From positions 355,262 to 419,261 of the forward strand of contig DATMMS010000005.1 in the NCBI GenBank assembly GCA_035569605.1: a stretch of 64,000 bases of DNA, in the 5' to 3' direction. The notes under the pieces are model-generated. The model ran no database searches, was not told the DNA's origin, and saw only the letters and a program-made list of their open reading frames with translations. Position 1 is the first letter of the stretch. Every line of letters starts with the position of its first letter. The stretch comes from Candidatus Solibacter sp. Lineage in GTDB: Bacteria > Chloroflexota > Dormibacteria > DASZGP01. Of this stretch, positions 48,169 to 58,444 are shown piece after piece. Position numbers and translations under genes: made by a program.

Positions 48169-48515
48169 TGAACGTCGCTGTGCTCGGCTTCTGCCTCTTC
48201 GGCGGCGGGCTCCTCTTGGGAGGCCTCTGCCTCGGCTGCGGGGGCTGCATCGGCGGCGGTGGTCTCGGCAGCAGGAGCTTCGGCCACGGGAGCCGGGGCC
48301 GGCGCGGCGGCGGGAGCACCCTGGCTGACTCGAACCTGGGCGGCCCGGGGTCCCTTGGGGCTGTCCTCGACATCGAACTCGACGCGCTCGTTGCCTCGTA
48401 GTGAGTCGAAGTTTTCGATGGCGCTGCGGTGGAAGAAGTACTCCTTCCCGTCTTCAGCCGTGATGAATCCGAATCCGCGGTCGGACACGAGTTTCTTGAT
48501 GGTTCCGGTGGTCAT
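48165..48515 (-). CDS. Cold-shock domain protein (CspA family) with acidic Ala/Glu/Pro-rich C-terminal tail
   Basis: KKLVSDRGFGFITAEDGKEYFFHRSAI RNP motifs; ATG 48515 (MTTGTIKK); about 50-aa low-complexity tail. Confidence 0.85.
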   Translation of the reverse strand: MTTGTIKKLVSDRGFGFITAEDGKEYFFHRSAIENFDSLRGNERVEFDVEDSPKGPRAAQVRVSQGAPAAAPAPAPVAEAPAAETTAADAAPAAEAEASQEEPAAEEAEAEHSDVQ

Positions 48516-48681
48516 TTCTTGCTCCTCTTTCTCGAACTGGTCTGCGGGCCGGCGACGAAATGTCCGAGAAAGGCGATGAGCACCGCAGGAGTCGCCACGA
48601 CGGCGACACATCTAACCATATACCCTCGGTATCGCGGTTGCCGGTCCCAGCAGGGAACCGTTCGCTTGGGGTAGGATCGCG

Positions 48682-49740
48682 TTGGCGCCTGTGAGTCGCC
48701 TTTGGCGGCCGGGCTGCGGGATCGCCCTGGGCGCCGCTCCTTCCACTTCAGGAGGACAAATTCTGCGCTTTCGCATAGGGCTACTGGCTGTCGTGGCTGC
48801 GTTCTCCGTGCTGTCCACTACGACCGGCCTGGGAGCCACGGCTGACTCCCTCGCCGCCCTGGCGGCGCAGCGGCAGGCCCTGCAGGCCCAGGCGAACAGC
48901 GTCCTGGGGCAGCGTCAGACCACTTTGTCGCGGCTGCTGCAGACCAAGGACCTGCTGGCCACGCTTCGAGGGCAGCTCGATCAGAACGCCTCGAAACTGG
49001 CCGAGCTGCAGTCTCAGCAGGAGGACTTGAGAGCGGGAATCGAGGCCACCAGCGCCCACATGCAGACCGACCGCGACCTGCTCGCCGGAATCGTCCGCCA
49101 GCAGTACAAGACCCGAGGCGACAGCAAGCTGTCCCAGATCCTTTTCGATTCCTCGAACCTGAGCCAGATTGTCGATCGCATCGTCGCCACAGAGGCCATC
49201 AGCAGCCGTGCCCACGACCTGATTGTCGAGCTCCGGGTGGAGCAGTCGACCCTCAACAGCCAGTCCGCCGCGCTGGCCGCAAAGCAGGCCGAGGCCAACC
49301 GGCTCAGGGATCGCCTGACGGCGCAGAAAAAGCAGGTCCAGGCGGTCGCCGCCGACTACCAAACGCAGGTCGATTCGATGGACGCCAACGCCCAGGCGCT
49401 ACTGGCGCGAATCAAGGCAATCGACGCGGCAATCGCGGCCCTGACCTCGCCCCCTTCGGGGGGCCGCCAGTACACCCAGCAGCAGATCATCGCCATCATC
49501 AGGGGAGCGGCGGCCCAGTACGGCGCCAACGGCGACCAGATGGTGCGGGTCGCCCGCTGCGAGTCGAGCCTGAACCCGTACGCCTACAACCGGAGCTCTG
49601 GCGCTTCGGGTCTGTTCCAGTTCATGCCCGGCACCTTCTACGGCAACGGCGGGCACAACATCTGGGACCCCACCGACCAGTCGGATGTCGCCGCCAAGAT
49701 GTTCGCGCGGGGCGACTCCGGGGCCTGGAGCTGCAAGTAG
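48682..49740 (+). CDS. Secreted coiled-coil protein with C-terminal transglycosylase-like domain
   Basis: N-terminal anchor, long Gln/Ala-rich helical region, C-terminal GASGLFQFMPGTF block. Confidence 0.65.
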   Translation: MAPVSRLWRPGCGIALGAAPSTSGGQILRFRIGLLAVVAAFSVLSTTTGLGATADSLAALAAQRQALQAQANSVLGQRQTTLSRLLQTKDLLATLRGQLDQNASKLAELQSQQEDLRAGIEATSAHMQTDRDLLAGIVRQQYKTRGDSKLSQILFDSSNLSQIVDRIVATEAISSRAHDLIVELRVEQSTLNSQSAALAAKQAEANRLRDRLTAQKKQVQAVAADYQTQVDSMDANAQALLARIKAIDAAIAALTSPPSGGRQYTQQQIIAIIRGAAAQYGANGDQMVRVARCESSLNPYAYNRSSGASGLFQFMPGTFYGNGGHNIWDPTDQSDVAAKMFARGDSGAWSCK

Positions 49741-49792
49741 GTCGCCGCCTGAGCGCATCATTGGGGAATGCGCCTGAGGGAGGACTGACCAC

Positions 49793-51553
49793 ATGACAGA
49801 AGTCACCACCAAACCCGCCGCGATCGCCAGCCCGCAGTGGCGGCAGCAGGTCGACCAGGACATCGCCAAACTGGGGGCGCACGCCACCGAGTGGGCGCGG
49901 CTTGGCATTCGCCGCAAGATCGAGCTTCTCCATGGTCTGCGCGACCGGACAGCCGCCCAGGCGGACCGTTGGGTGGAGCTGGCGACCGAGGCCAAGGGGA
50001 TCCCGGCTGGTTCGCCGCTCGCCGGCGAAGAGTGGACATCCGGTCCATGGGCTCTGCTCTACGGCGTCAACAGGCTGGCTGAGACGCTGTCGGGGATCGA
50101 GAAGACGGGCATGGTTCCGCTTTCTCAGAGCGCCGTGCGAACCCGGCCCGACGGCCAGGTGGTGGTAGATGTCTTTCCCCAGAGTGCCTACGACTCCCTT
50201 CTCCTGAGCGGCATTCGCGCCGAAGTCTGGATGCAGCCGGGGGTGACCGCGGGAAACCTGCGGGAGACGATGGGCGCTTTCTACCGCCAGAAGGAGCCGG
50301 CGGGCGCGGTATCCCTTGTCCTGGGGGCCGGCAACATCGCCTCCATTGCGCCCCTGGACGTGGTCTACAAGCTCTACGCCGAGGGCAGCGTCTGCCTGCT
50401 CAAGATGAACCCCGTCAACGACTACCTGGGGCCGGTCCTGGAGGCCGCTTTCGCGGAATTCATCGAAGCGGGCTACCTGGCCACGGTCTACGGCGGCGCT
50501 GACGTGGGGGCATACGTGGCCGACCACCCCGGCGTCGACGAGATCCACATCACCGGGAGCGCGCGCACGCACGACGCGATCTACTTCGGCGGCGGGCCTG
50601 AGGGAGAACGGCGCAAGCGCGAAAACCAGCCTCTCACCACCAAGCGGATGACCAGCGAGCTCGGCAACGTCAGCCCGACCATCGTCGTGCCCGGCCCGTG
50701 GAGCGAGGCCGACATCCGTTTCCAGGCGGCGCACATCGCGACCCAGAAGATGCACAACGGCGGCTTCAACTGCATCGCCGCCCAGGTGCTGATCCTGCCT
50801 TCAAGCTGGGACCGCGGGGCAGCGCTGGTGCATGCGGTCGAGGACATCCTCAAGGCCACTCCGGCGCGCCTCCCCTACTACCCGGGAGCCGGGGATCGTG
50901 AGCGGACGCTGCTCGCCGCCCACCCCGACGCCGACCTCATCGACGCCGGCGGTCCAGACGCCATCCCGCGTGCCGTGATCACGGGCATCGACAGCTCAGC
51001 CGGCGACGAGGTCTGCTTCCGGACCGAGGCCTTCTCGGCGGTGCTGGCGGTGACATCGCTGCCAGGCGACGACCCCGGCGACTACCTGGAGAGCGCCGTG
51101 GAGTTCGCCAACACGCGGCTTTGGGGAACGCTGGGCGCCAACATCCTGATCCACCCGGCCACCATCAAGGCGCTGGGCGATAGATTCGAAGACGCCCTCG
51201 CCGCCCTCCACTACGGATGCATCGCTGTCAACTCGTGGACCGGCGTCGGCTTCCTGCTGGCACAGGCCACCTGGGGCGCCTTCCCGGGACACACCCCGGA
51301 CGACATTCAGAGCGGGATCGGCGTGGTGCACAACTCCCTGCTCTTCGACAAGGCTCAGAAGAGCGTCGTCTACCAGCCGTTCTATCCATTCCCGCGCGGC
51401 CTGCGCCACGGCCAGACGGCGATGCTGCCGAATCCGCCGTGGTTCATCACCAACAAGCGCGCGGACAAGATAGCCAAGAACCTGGTCGCTTTCGAGGCGC
51501 AGCCAAGTCCCCTGCGCCTGGCGCCAATTTTTTCGGAGGCGCTGAGGGGCTAG
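49793..51553 (+). CDS. Aldehyde dehydrogenase-superfamily protein (uncharacterised subfamily)
   Basis: 586 aa; ALDH-like catalytic blocks TSELGNVSP and GGFNCIAAQ; good RBS GGGAGG upstream. Confidence 0.6.
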   Translation: MTEVTTKPAAIASPQWRQQVDQDIAKLGAHATEWARLGIRRKIELLHGLRDRTAAQADRWVELATEAKGIPAGSPLAGEEWTSGPWALLYGVNRLAETLSGIEKTGMVPLSQSAVRTRPDGQVVVDVFPQSAYDSLLLSGIRAEVWMQPGVTAGNLRETMGAFYRQKEPAGAVSLVLGAGNIASIAPLDVVYKLYAEGSVCLLKMNPVNDYLGPVLEAAFAEFIEAGYLATVYGGADVGAYVADHPGVDEIHITGSARTHDAIYFGGGPEGERRKRENQPLTTKRMTSELGNVSPTIVVPGPWSEADIRFQAAHIATQKMHNGGFNCIAAQVLILPSSWDRGAALVHAVEDILKATPARLPYYPGAGDRERTLLAAHPDADLIDAGGPDAIPRAVITGIDSSAGDEVCFRTEAFSAVLAVTSLPGDDPGDYLESAVEFANTRLWGTLGANILIHPATIKALGDRFEDALAALHYGCIAVNSWTGVGFLLAQATWGAFPGHTPDDIQSGIGVVHNSLLFDKAQKSVVYQPFYPFPRGLRHGQTAMLPNPPWFITNKRADKIAKNLVAFEAQPSPLRLAPIFSEALRG

Positions 51554-51566
51554 CCCGCGGCCTCGC

Positions 51567-52550
51567 CTAAGTGGAGGTGGCGGCGCTGACCGTGAAGCCG
51601 TAGACGCCGAGGTAGCGAATCGGATCTGCCTGCGCCGCCGGGACCCTCACCGCGATCTCGTACAGCGTCCGGTAGGTGACCGAACGGTAGGAGCCGGGAG
51701 GGACCAGGGTGCCGAGGTTGGCGCGGTCTCCGTCCTGCTGGTAGATCTTCCCGCCCGCTGCCGTCTCCTTGAGCGTCTCTGAGACCACACAGAACTGCAC
51801 CCCGCCCCCACCGGCGACGGCGTAGGCGGCCCTGATCGAGTCGTCGACGCTGAACTGATCGCTGCTCGCGGACCCGCCGGAAGCGATGCTGGCAGTGTGG
51901 GCTTTGAGCTGGCTCAGCCACGACGCCATGTTGGTCCCCGGCTCGAAAGGCTTCAGGTTGGGGTCGTTGAGGTAGTCTCCCCCGGAGCTCGCCAGCGTCA
52001 TCAGGCCCGCGGTCCGGGTGCAGATCTCCGATGGTCGAACACGGAGCTTGGTGGAGTCGGTGAGCACCGCCGCCTGCTGCCGGGCGTCGGTGCCGATGGT
52101 CGGCAGGGCGACCCCCGCGTCGATGGGAAAGAGCGCATGCAGCTTCCAGCCGTCACCAGGCCCGCGCTGAACGAAGAGGGCGACCTCGAGGCCGTTTGTC
52201 AGCTTCAGCGTCACCGACGAGAGCCCGAAAGTCGCGACGAACTTGGCCGGGTAGGTCAGCTGCGGCGCGACGAACACGTTGACGTCGCTGACCTTCAGGT
52301 CGGCCACGTCAGGGACCTGCAGAACCGAATTTGTCAGGATCTGCGCCTTCTGGAAGGTTGCGTCGGGATCCTCGGCGAGCTGGTCGATAGTCGCGTTGTC
52401 GCCCACGTTGAGGATCTTGGGCAGCTGGACCTGGGCGATCTTCAGGGCCACCGCGGGAGTCACCAGAGAGGTGGTGCGGATGGCCTGCGTGGTGGACGAC
52501 CCGCAGCCCGCGATCACCAACGCGCAGGTGATGAGAAGCGCTTTCCTCAA
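51567..52550 (-). CDS. Hypothetical lipoprotein
   Basis: Start proposed at TTG 52550 giving MRKALLITCALVIAGCGSS lipoprotein signal; the longer ORF to 53105 overlaps the crp-like gene and is rejected. Confidence 0.5.
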   Translation of the reverse strand: MRKALLITCALVIAGCGSSTTQAIRTTSLVTPAVALKIAQVQLPKILNVGDNATIDQLAEDPDATFQKAQILTNSVLQVPDVADLKVSDVNVFVAPQLTYPAKFVATFGLSSVTLKLTNGLEVALFVQRGPGDGWKLHALFPIDAGVALPTIGTDARQQAAVLTDSTKLRVRPSEICTRTAGLMTLASSGGDYLNDPNLKPFEPGTNMASWLSQLKAHTASIASGGSASSDQFSVDDSIRAAYAVAGGGGVQFCVVSETLKETAAGGKIYQQDGDRANLGTLVPPGSYRSVTYRTLYEIAVRVPAAQADPIRYLGVYGFTVSAATST

Positions 52551-52667
52551 AGCGGAGAGCTGCGCGCGACGTGGTCCCTCATTGCGCCTTAAATGATGGA
52601 CGGTTTTTAGTGAGCTCTCAGCCGACCGATCGGCCCACCGCGGTAGCACCCAACGACGTACGATCGT

Positions 52668-53360
52668 GTGGCGATGGCTGTGTCGCTTCCGTTGCTGGAG
52701 TATGTCGGCCGTCCGTTCCTGCAGAGGTTGTCCGAAGCCAGCCGCCACAGGCTCCTCCGCAAGAGTGTCGTTGTCCGCTATCAGCCGGGAGAGATCGTCT
52801 ACCAGCCTGGAGACCCCGACCGGGTCGAGGTACTGGAGAGCGGCTTTGCCCGCCTCTATCTCTCCTCGCCGGACGGACGGGAGACAACGGTCAGGTACAT
52901 GCGCGCCGGCGACCTGGTTGGCAGCCTGCTGGTGATGGGCCTGGGCTTTGAAGGATCCATGCAGATCATCGTGCGCAGCAGCGGAATTCGATTGGACCTC
53001 GCCAGTCTCCGGGATCAGCTCGAGGTCGACCCTGAGCTCGCGGATGCCCTGGCCGCAGACCTGGCCTGCCGGTACTCGCACACCGTTCGCGCCATGGCGG
53101 TGCAATCGTTTGGGTCAATCATCCAGCGCATCGCCTTCGACCTTCTCGACCGGTCCTGCCGGGAGCAGCTCGCCTCGAAGGACCTGCGGGCGCGCATCTC
53201 GCACGAAGAGCTGGCCAACAGCATCGGATCGGTTCGACAGGTGGTCAGTCGCGGTCTCGCCGAGCTACGACGTGAGGGTCTCATCGACACCGGGCATCGG
53301 CGCATACAAGTCCTGGACCCAATCGGGCTGGAGGCGCTGGCGCAGTCCGTCCTCAGCTGA
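52668..53360 (+). CDS. Crp/Fnr-family transcriptional regulator
   Basis: N-terminal cNMP-binding-like beta-roll, C-terminal HTH (ISHEELANSIGSVRQVVSRGLAELRREGLI). Confidence 0.8.
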   Translation: MAMAVSLPLLEYVGRPFLQRLSEASRHRLLRKSVVVRYQPGEIVYQPGDPDRVEVLESGFARLYLSSPDGRETTVRYMRAGDLVGSLLVMGLGFEGSMQIIVRSSGIRLDLASLRDQLEVDPELADALAADLACRYSHTVRAMAVQSFGSIIQRIAFDLLDRSCREQLASKDLRARISHEELANSIGSVRQVVSRGLAELRREGLIDTGHRRIQVLDPIGLEALAQSVLS

Positions 53361-53376
53361 CCTCGACCCGGCTGGG

Positions 53377-53982
53377 TCAGGTTACGAACTTATCGAATCC
53401 CAGGGCTGACACGTCTGGATGGGCCTTCATCGCTTCCAAGAGGGAAGCGCCATCGAACTCCCGGACGTCGTACTGGCACACGGCCACGGCGGGGAAGCTC
53501 TTGATGACTGCGCCGACCAGGCGCTCGAAGACCAGCATCTGCTGCACCGTCGCGAAGCTTGACTTGACGCAGGCCATGTCACCGACGATCCGAACCACCG
53601 GCGGATGGGTGCCGTGGGAGAGAGCGTCCCAGATCGACTGGTTCCAGAATGCCAGGGCCTCCTCCACAGTCCGGCCGGGCGCGGGGGCAGTGACGAACAG
53701 GCCGCGACGCCTGGCTTCGGCCAGCTCGGCCGTGAGGCCTTCCTCAAGCGCCTCGACGTACCGGTCGAGAACCTCCCCTGATGCGATCAGGAAGCACGGC
53801 TGGCCGGAGGACAGCCCCTCGCGGAGGAACGGCGCCGCGATGCGAAGTCGGCCTTCCTCGGTCGAGTAGTACGTCGCCAGGTGCATGCCCCCTTGCACCA
53901 GGACCCCCGATAGGTCTACCAGCGCCGCAGCCGACCCTTGTCCGATAACGTCATCGTCCAAACTGCCTACCCCAAACGCCAC
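53377..53982 (-). CDS. MEDS-domain protein (putative sensory domain)
   Basis: 201 aa; HLATYYSTEEGRL...FLREGLSSGQPCFLI...RIVGDMACV...VCQYD pattern consistent with MEDS. Confidence 0.6.
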   Translation of the reverse strand: MAFGVGSLDDDVIGQGSAAALVDLSGVLVQGGMHLATYYSTEEGRLRIAAPFLREGLSSGQPCFLIASGEVLDRYVEALEEGLTAELAEARRRGLFVTAPAPGRTVEEALAFWNQSIWDALSHGTHPPVVRIVGDMACVKSSFATVQQMLVFERLVGAVIKSFPAVAVCQYDVREFDGASLLEAMKAHPDVSALGFDKFVT

Positions 53983-54094
53983 GATACACCAGCGTCCCGG
54001 CGTTGGATGAAGCAGTCGACTTAGCGCATCTGCTCGTCTGGCTTCGGGATCCTAGCGCCTATCAGCGGAAGGCCGGCCGACCCATCCGCGACGC

Positions 54095-55114
54095 TTACCG
54101 CCAGCCAAGCTCCGGCGCGATTTGGCTGATGACCGCATCGAGGACGTGGGCGCAGTAATCCACACCGAGCTGATTGGGTATGGTCAGCAGCAGGGTGTCA
54201 GCCGCGGCGATCGCCTCATCCTCTGCCAGTTGCTTGACCAGCTGATCCGGCTCAGCGGCGTAGGTCTTGCCGAAGCGCGCCGTGCCACCGTCGAGGTACC
54301 CAACCTGGTCCTGCGAATTGGCTTCGCGACCGAAGTAGCTGCGGTCCAGCTCGTTGACGATCGGGAAAATGCTGCGGCTCACCGAAACGCGGGGCTCGCG
54401 GGTGTGGCCGGCATCAGCCCAGGCCTTGCGGAATCGTCCGATCTGCTCCGCCTGCAGCTGGTGGAACGGCACACCGGTGTCCTCGGTCAGAAGGGTCGAG
54501 CTCATGAGGTTCATCCCCTGTTCGCCGGCCCACTCGGCGGTCTTTCGGGTGCCGGCGCCCCACCAGATCCGTTCGCGCAGACCCTCCGAGTACGGCTCGA
54601 CGCGGAGCAGCCCGGGCGGGTTGGGGAACATCGGTCGCGGGTTCGGTCGGGCAAAACCCTCACCGCTCAGGACTTCCAGGAAGACCCTGGTGTGCTCCCG
54701 CGCCATGTCAGCGTGGTCGGAGCCGTCGGCGGGGACGTAACCGAAGTATCGGTAGCCGTCGATGACCTGCTCAGGGGACCCCCGGCTGATGCCCAGCTGC
54801 AGTCGCCCGCCGGCGATGAGATCAGCGGCGCCCGCGTCCTCCGCCATGTATAGAGGGTTCTCGTAGCGCATATCGATCACGCCGGTCCCGATCTCGATCT
54901 TGCTGGTCTTGGCGCCGATGGCTGCGAGCAGCGGGAACGGCGAGGCGAGCTGGTTGGCGAAGTGGTGCACCCGAAAGAACGCCCCGTCCGCCCCAACCTC
55001 TTCCGCCGCGACCGCGAGGTCGATCGACTGCAGCAGAGCATCCGAGGCCGAGCGCGTCTGCGAGTGCGGCGAGGGCGTCCAGTGGCCGAATGACAGGAAC
55101 CCGATGCGCTTCAT
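54095..55114 (-). CDS. LLM-class flavin-dependent oxidoreductase (luciferase-like monooxygenase family)
   Basis: 339 aa; TIM-barrel LLM blocks (GADGAFFRVHHF...IEIGTGVIDM...LQLGISRG). Confidence 0.8.
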   Translation of the reverse strand: MKRIGFLSFGHWTPSPHSQTRSASDALLQSIDLAVAAEEVGADGAFFRVHHFANQLASPFPLLAAIGAKTSKIEIGTGVIDMRYENPLYMAEDAGAADLIAGGRLQLGISRGSPEQVIDGYRYFGYVPADGSDHADMAREHTRVFLEVLSGEGFARPNPRPMFPNPPGLLRVEPYSEGLRERIWWGAGTRKTAEWAGEQGMNLMSSTLLTEDTGVPFHQLQAEQIGRFRKAWADAGHTREPRVSVSRSIFPIVNELDRSYFGREANSQDQVGYLDGGTARFGKTYAAEPDQLVKQLAEDEAIAAADTLLLTIPNQLGVDYCAHVLDAVISQIAPELGWR

Positions 55115-55193
55115 GATCGGACCTAACCTATCGCAGGCTCGGCTTCTTCCACCTCATGCCGGAGCGATTCGAACCGTCGACAGCTCGCTCGGA

Positions 55194-55460
55194 TCAGCGA
55201 ACTGCGACCCCGAGCAGCATCAGTCCTCCACCTGCGATGAGAAGGAGGCAACCGATTGCCCAGAGCGGCAGTAGGTTGGCGATTGCCGTTATCGCCCCCG
55301 CAATCACGAGGCCGCCAACCGAGTCCGCACCGCCGATGCCCCAACCGCCCAGGCGTTCACGGCGACCTCCCTTGTGTTCGCGATCGTAGAGGAGTGCGAT
55401 TACGCCCAACACAAACAGGCCGAAGCCACTGAACGCGAGCACATATTCCGGGTATGTCAC
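55194..55460 (-). CDS. Hypothetical small membrane protein
   Basis: 88 aa, 3 hydrophobic segments; upstream of LLM gene on same strand. Confidence 0.35.
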   Translation of the reverse strand: MTYPEYVLAFSGFGLFVLGVIALLYDREHKGGRRERLGGWGIGGADSVGGLVIAGAITAIANLLPLWAIGCLLLIAGGGLMLLGVAVR

Positions 55461-55798
55461 CTGTCTATCGGCAGCTGCGGCTTCATTTGGGGCTTGCGGC
55501 GCCTGCGCTCAAGGACGCTTCAGGAACCTCAGGCCGAACGCCCCGAAAACCACGACAATTCCGACGTTTGCTATTAGCCGCTCTACTAACTGGTGCCTGA
55601 AGAACAGGACGTCCACGCCGACGACGGCGGCTACCAGCGCCAGCACGTACAACAAGAGAACCGCCTGCCTTCCCATCGTTCCTTCCTACTCTATGCGTTC
55701 TCCCGAGATGCGCCACGGCTGTTTGTATACGGCGGCGCGAGAGGATGCCAGCCCTGGCTGACAGCGGGTGAGCTCGAGGCGGCTCCGGTCGGCCTGAC

Positions 55799-55892
55799 TG
55801 GCGGAGCGGGAGGGATTCGAACCCTCGAACGAGGTTGCCCCCGTTACGGCATTTCCAGTGCCGCGCCCTCGACCGGACTAGGCGACCGCTCC
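55799..55892 (-). tRNA. tRNA-Ser (anticodon GGA)
   Basis: Class II tRNA with long variable arm; anticodon stem CGGCA/TGCCG, loop CTGGAAA; T-loop TTCGAAT; encoded CCA. Confidence 0.9.
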
Positions 55893-56045
55893 GTGCGGTC
55901 CGAATTCTAGCCGCCGAGCTCGTTCTGACGGCCCTCGATCAAGGCCTCGCGGGTAGCCCGGACGGATTTGCGTGGCGATCCTTGTGAGCAGGGCACAAGC
56001 GCGCCATCCGGGCCCGCCGGTATCATTTCCCTCGGAAGGGATTTG

Positions 56046-57812
56046 ATGAGATCGGGAGCCCAGCGGGGCCTTTTCTTGGTGACTATCGGCGTGGCCGCTT
56101 TCGTCTTGGCGGGCCAGGCCACTCCGTCGCGCGCCGCGACTTCGGCGCCGGCGCTCTTACGCGACGTCGAGGCGGGTCGCTTCCTGGTGCAGCCGGCAGC
56201 GACAGCCATGACGACCGCCGACGTCATTCAGCCGGACACCCAGATCGAACCGTCGATCGCCGCCAACCCCAACAATCCTCTCAACGCCGTCGTCGGATTC
56301 CAGGAGGGCCGGCGGGACAGCGGCGGCGACTACACCAACGGCTACGCCACCACATTCGACGGCGGCAAGACGTGGACCTATGGCGAGCTCCCCAAGCTCA
56401 CGAAATGGCAGGGCTCGATCTATGACCGAGCCTCCGACGCAGCGCTCGCGTTCGGCGCCGACGGCACCGTCTACTACAACTCTCTGATCTTCGACATCGA
56501 GTCCGGCAACGGGCTCCTCAGCGGCATGGCCGTCAACATCTCGCACGACGGCGGAAAGACCTGGAGCGACCCGGTCGTGATCCAGTCAGACATGCTCGGC
56601 GGCCTTAACGACAAGAACTGGATCGTGGTCGATCGGGGCAATGGCCCGGGGCACCACCAGGGCAGGGTCTACGCGGTCTGGGATCGCGTTGCCGAAGAGG
56701 TCTACAACTACTGCGACAACAGCTGCGAGAACCCCGCCAACTGGTTCGCCCAATCGCTGCCCTTCGGCGCTGGCCAGGGCATCGGCTCGTTCCCCGTGGT
56801 CCTCAACGATGGCAGCCTTGGCATCATCTATAACGCCCTGCCAGGTGGGACGCCCCCGCTTCCCGGGGAGCAGCCCGACCTAAACACCACCGGCGCCGAG
56901 AACCTGTCGATCGTGCTGGCGCCGGCGGCGGGAAGCATCCCCACCGGGGCTCCCCTGGTATTCACCCCGCCGATCGGGATCGCCGTCAACAGGACCAACG
57001 GCGTCAGTTTCCAGCGCGCCGGCGGGCTGCCCGCGGCCGACGTCGACCCCCTCACCGGCGCCATCTACGCGGTCTGGGAGGATGGCCGCTTCCGTACCGA
57101 GTCCACCAGCACCATCAACGACGCCGTCTTTTCCAAGTCAACTGACGGAGGCATGACCTGGGGGCCGGTGACCAAGATCAACCCCGGGCCCGAGAACGAC
57201 TTCGTCAACCACTACAACGTGGCCGTCTCGGCAGGCAGCGATGGCTCGATCAGGGTGATGTACCGGCAGCGGGTCGAGGGGCTCACCGAGGCCAAGTACA
57301 GCCGGACGATCGACACGTTCTACCAGGAGTCTCGGGACGGCGGCGCGACCTGGACCTCGCCGCTCAAGGTCGACCAGCAGCAGGCGACCACCTTCAGCTA
57401 TGGCGCGCTCTCCCGCGGCGGGCTCTTCGAGGGCGACTACAACCAGCTGGCAGCCGCAGGCCCCTACACATACGTCGCTCGCGACGAGGCCTACGCCCTC
57501 ACCTCGGGGGAGACGCCTGGGGTGATCCTCAAGAGTGACGGGACGGCATATGTCCTCAACACCGCCGCATGCGGTGACACCGTGACGTCGGCCTGCTTGA
57601 CACATCAGCACCAGCGGACCTGGGTCGGCGTGATCGGACCGGCTCCGGCAGCCGTGCCGCAGGCCACCCCTACCCTGTCGGTCCTTGCCGTCAGTTTGCC
57701 GGGCACCTCTGCCGCCCTCCCCGCGTGGCTCGGGCTGGCGCTTGTCGTACTTTCGGCCCTGCTTCTGGCGACGATCGCCTGGCTTCGCCGCCGGCGTCCA
57801 GCCGCGACCTGA
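56046..57812 (+). CDS. BNR/Asp-box repeat protein (sialidase-like beta-propeller), secreted, with C-terminal hydrophobic anchor
   Basis: Four SxDxGxTW Asp-boxes (FDGGKTWT, SHDGGKTWS, STDGGMTWG, SRDGGATWT); N-terminal signal peptide; C-terminal LPGTS + TM + RRRR. Confidence 0.75.
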   Translation: MRSGAQRGLFLVTIGVAAFVLAGQATPSRAATSAPALLRDVEAGRFLVQPAATAMTTADVIQPDTQIEPSIAANPNNPLNAVVGFQEGRRDSGGDYTNGYATTFDGGKTWTYGELPKLTKWQGSIYDRASDAALAFGADGTVYYNSLIFDIESGNGLLSGMAVNISHDGGKTWSDPVVIQSDMLGGLNDKNWIVVDRGNGPGHHQGRVYAVWDRVAEEVYNYCDNSCENPANWFAQSLPFGAGQGIGSFPVVLNDGSLGIIYNALPGGTPPLPGEQPDLNTTGAENLSIVLAPAAGSIPTGAPLVFTPPIGIAVNRTNGVSFQRAGGLPAADVDPLTGAIYAVWEDGRFRTESTSTINDAVFSKSTDGGMTWGPVTKINPGPENDFVNHYNVAVSAGSDGSIRVMYRQRVEGLTEAKYSRTIDTFYQESRDGGATWTSPLKVDQQQATTFSYGALSRGGLFEGDYNQLAAAGPYTYVARDEAYALTSGETPGVILKSDGTAYVLNTAACGDTVTSACLTHQHQRTWVGVIGPAPAAVPQATPTLSVLAVSLPGTSAALPAWLGLALVVLSALLLATIAWLRRRRPAAT

Positions 57813-57823
57813 GGGGGCTCTGG

Positions 57824-57912
<89 letters not shown>

Positions 57913-57939
57913 AGGCACCGGTTGACGGCTAGAAATCTA

Positions 57940-58392
57940 TCAGGCGCGTAATCCCTTGAAGAACCCCGAGAGCATGTCCGAGGCCTCCGCCGCCAGCACC
58001 CCTGAGGTCACCGCCACCCGATGGTTGTTGGCGGGGTGGTCGAGGACCCGGTAGGCGGACCCATCAGCACCCTTTTTGGGGTCGGTGGCGGCGTAGACCA
58101 GCCGCCCGAGCCGGCTCAACACCATCGCAGAGGCGCACATGGGGCAGGGCTCGAGCGTCACGTACAGTGTCACGGAGTTGAGGCGCCAGGTGCCCAGCCG
58201 GGCGGCGGCCCGCCGCAGGCAGAGCATCTCGGCGTGCGCGGTGGCGTCGTGGGCGGCCTCCATCCGGTTGCTCGCCGCGGCGATCCTCATGCCGTCGATC
58301 ACCGCTACCGCCCCCACCGGGACTTCGCCTCGCCCGCCCGCGCTGCGGGCCAGTCGCAGGGCTTCGCGCATCCAGGCCTCGGCCTCCGCCAT
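57940..58392 (-). CDS. tadA: tRNA-specific adenosine deaminase TadA
   Basis: CDA-fold zinc motifs HAEMLCLR and PCPMCASAM. Confidence 0.9.
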   Translation of the reverse strand: MAEAEAWMREALRLARSAGGRGEVPVGAVAVIDGMRIAAASNRMEAAHDATAHAEMLCLRRAAARLGTWRLNSVTLYVTLEPCPMCASAMVLSRLGRLVYAATDPKKGADGSAYRVLDHPANNHRVAVTSGVLAAEASDMLSGFFKGLRA

Positions 58393-58444
58393 GCTTCATC
58401 TTAGAATGGAGGCATACGCGCCAGCCTGGTGAAAGGGATGCTCG

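Noticed and set aside
52551-53105. N-terminal extension of lipoprotein ORF 51567-53105
   Set aside because: Overlaps the Crp/Fnr gene on the opposite strand; a TTG at 52550 yields a canonical lipoprotein signal peptide.
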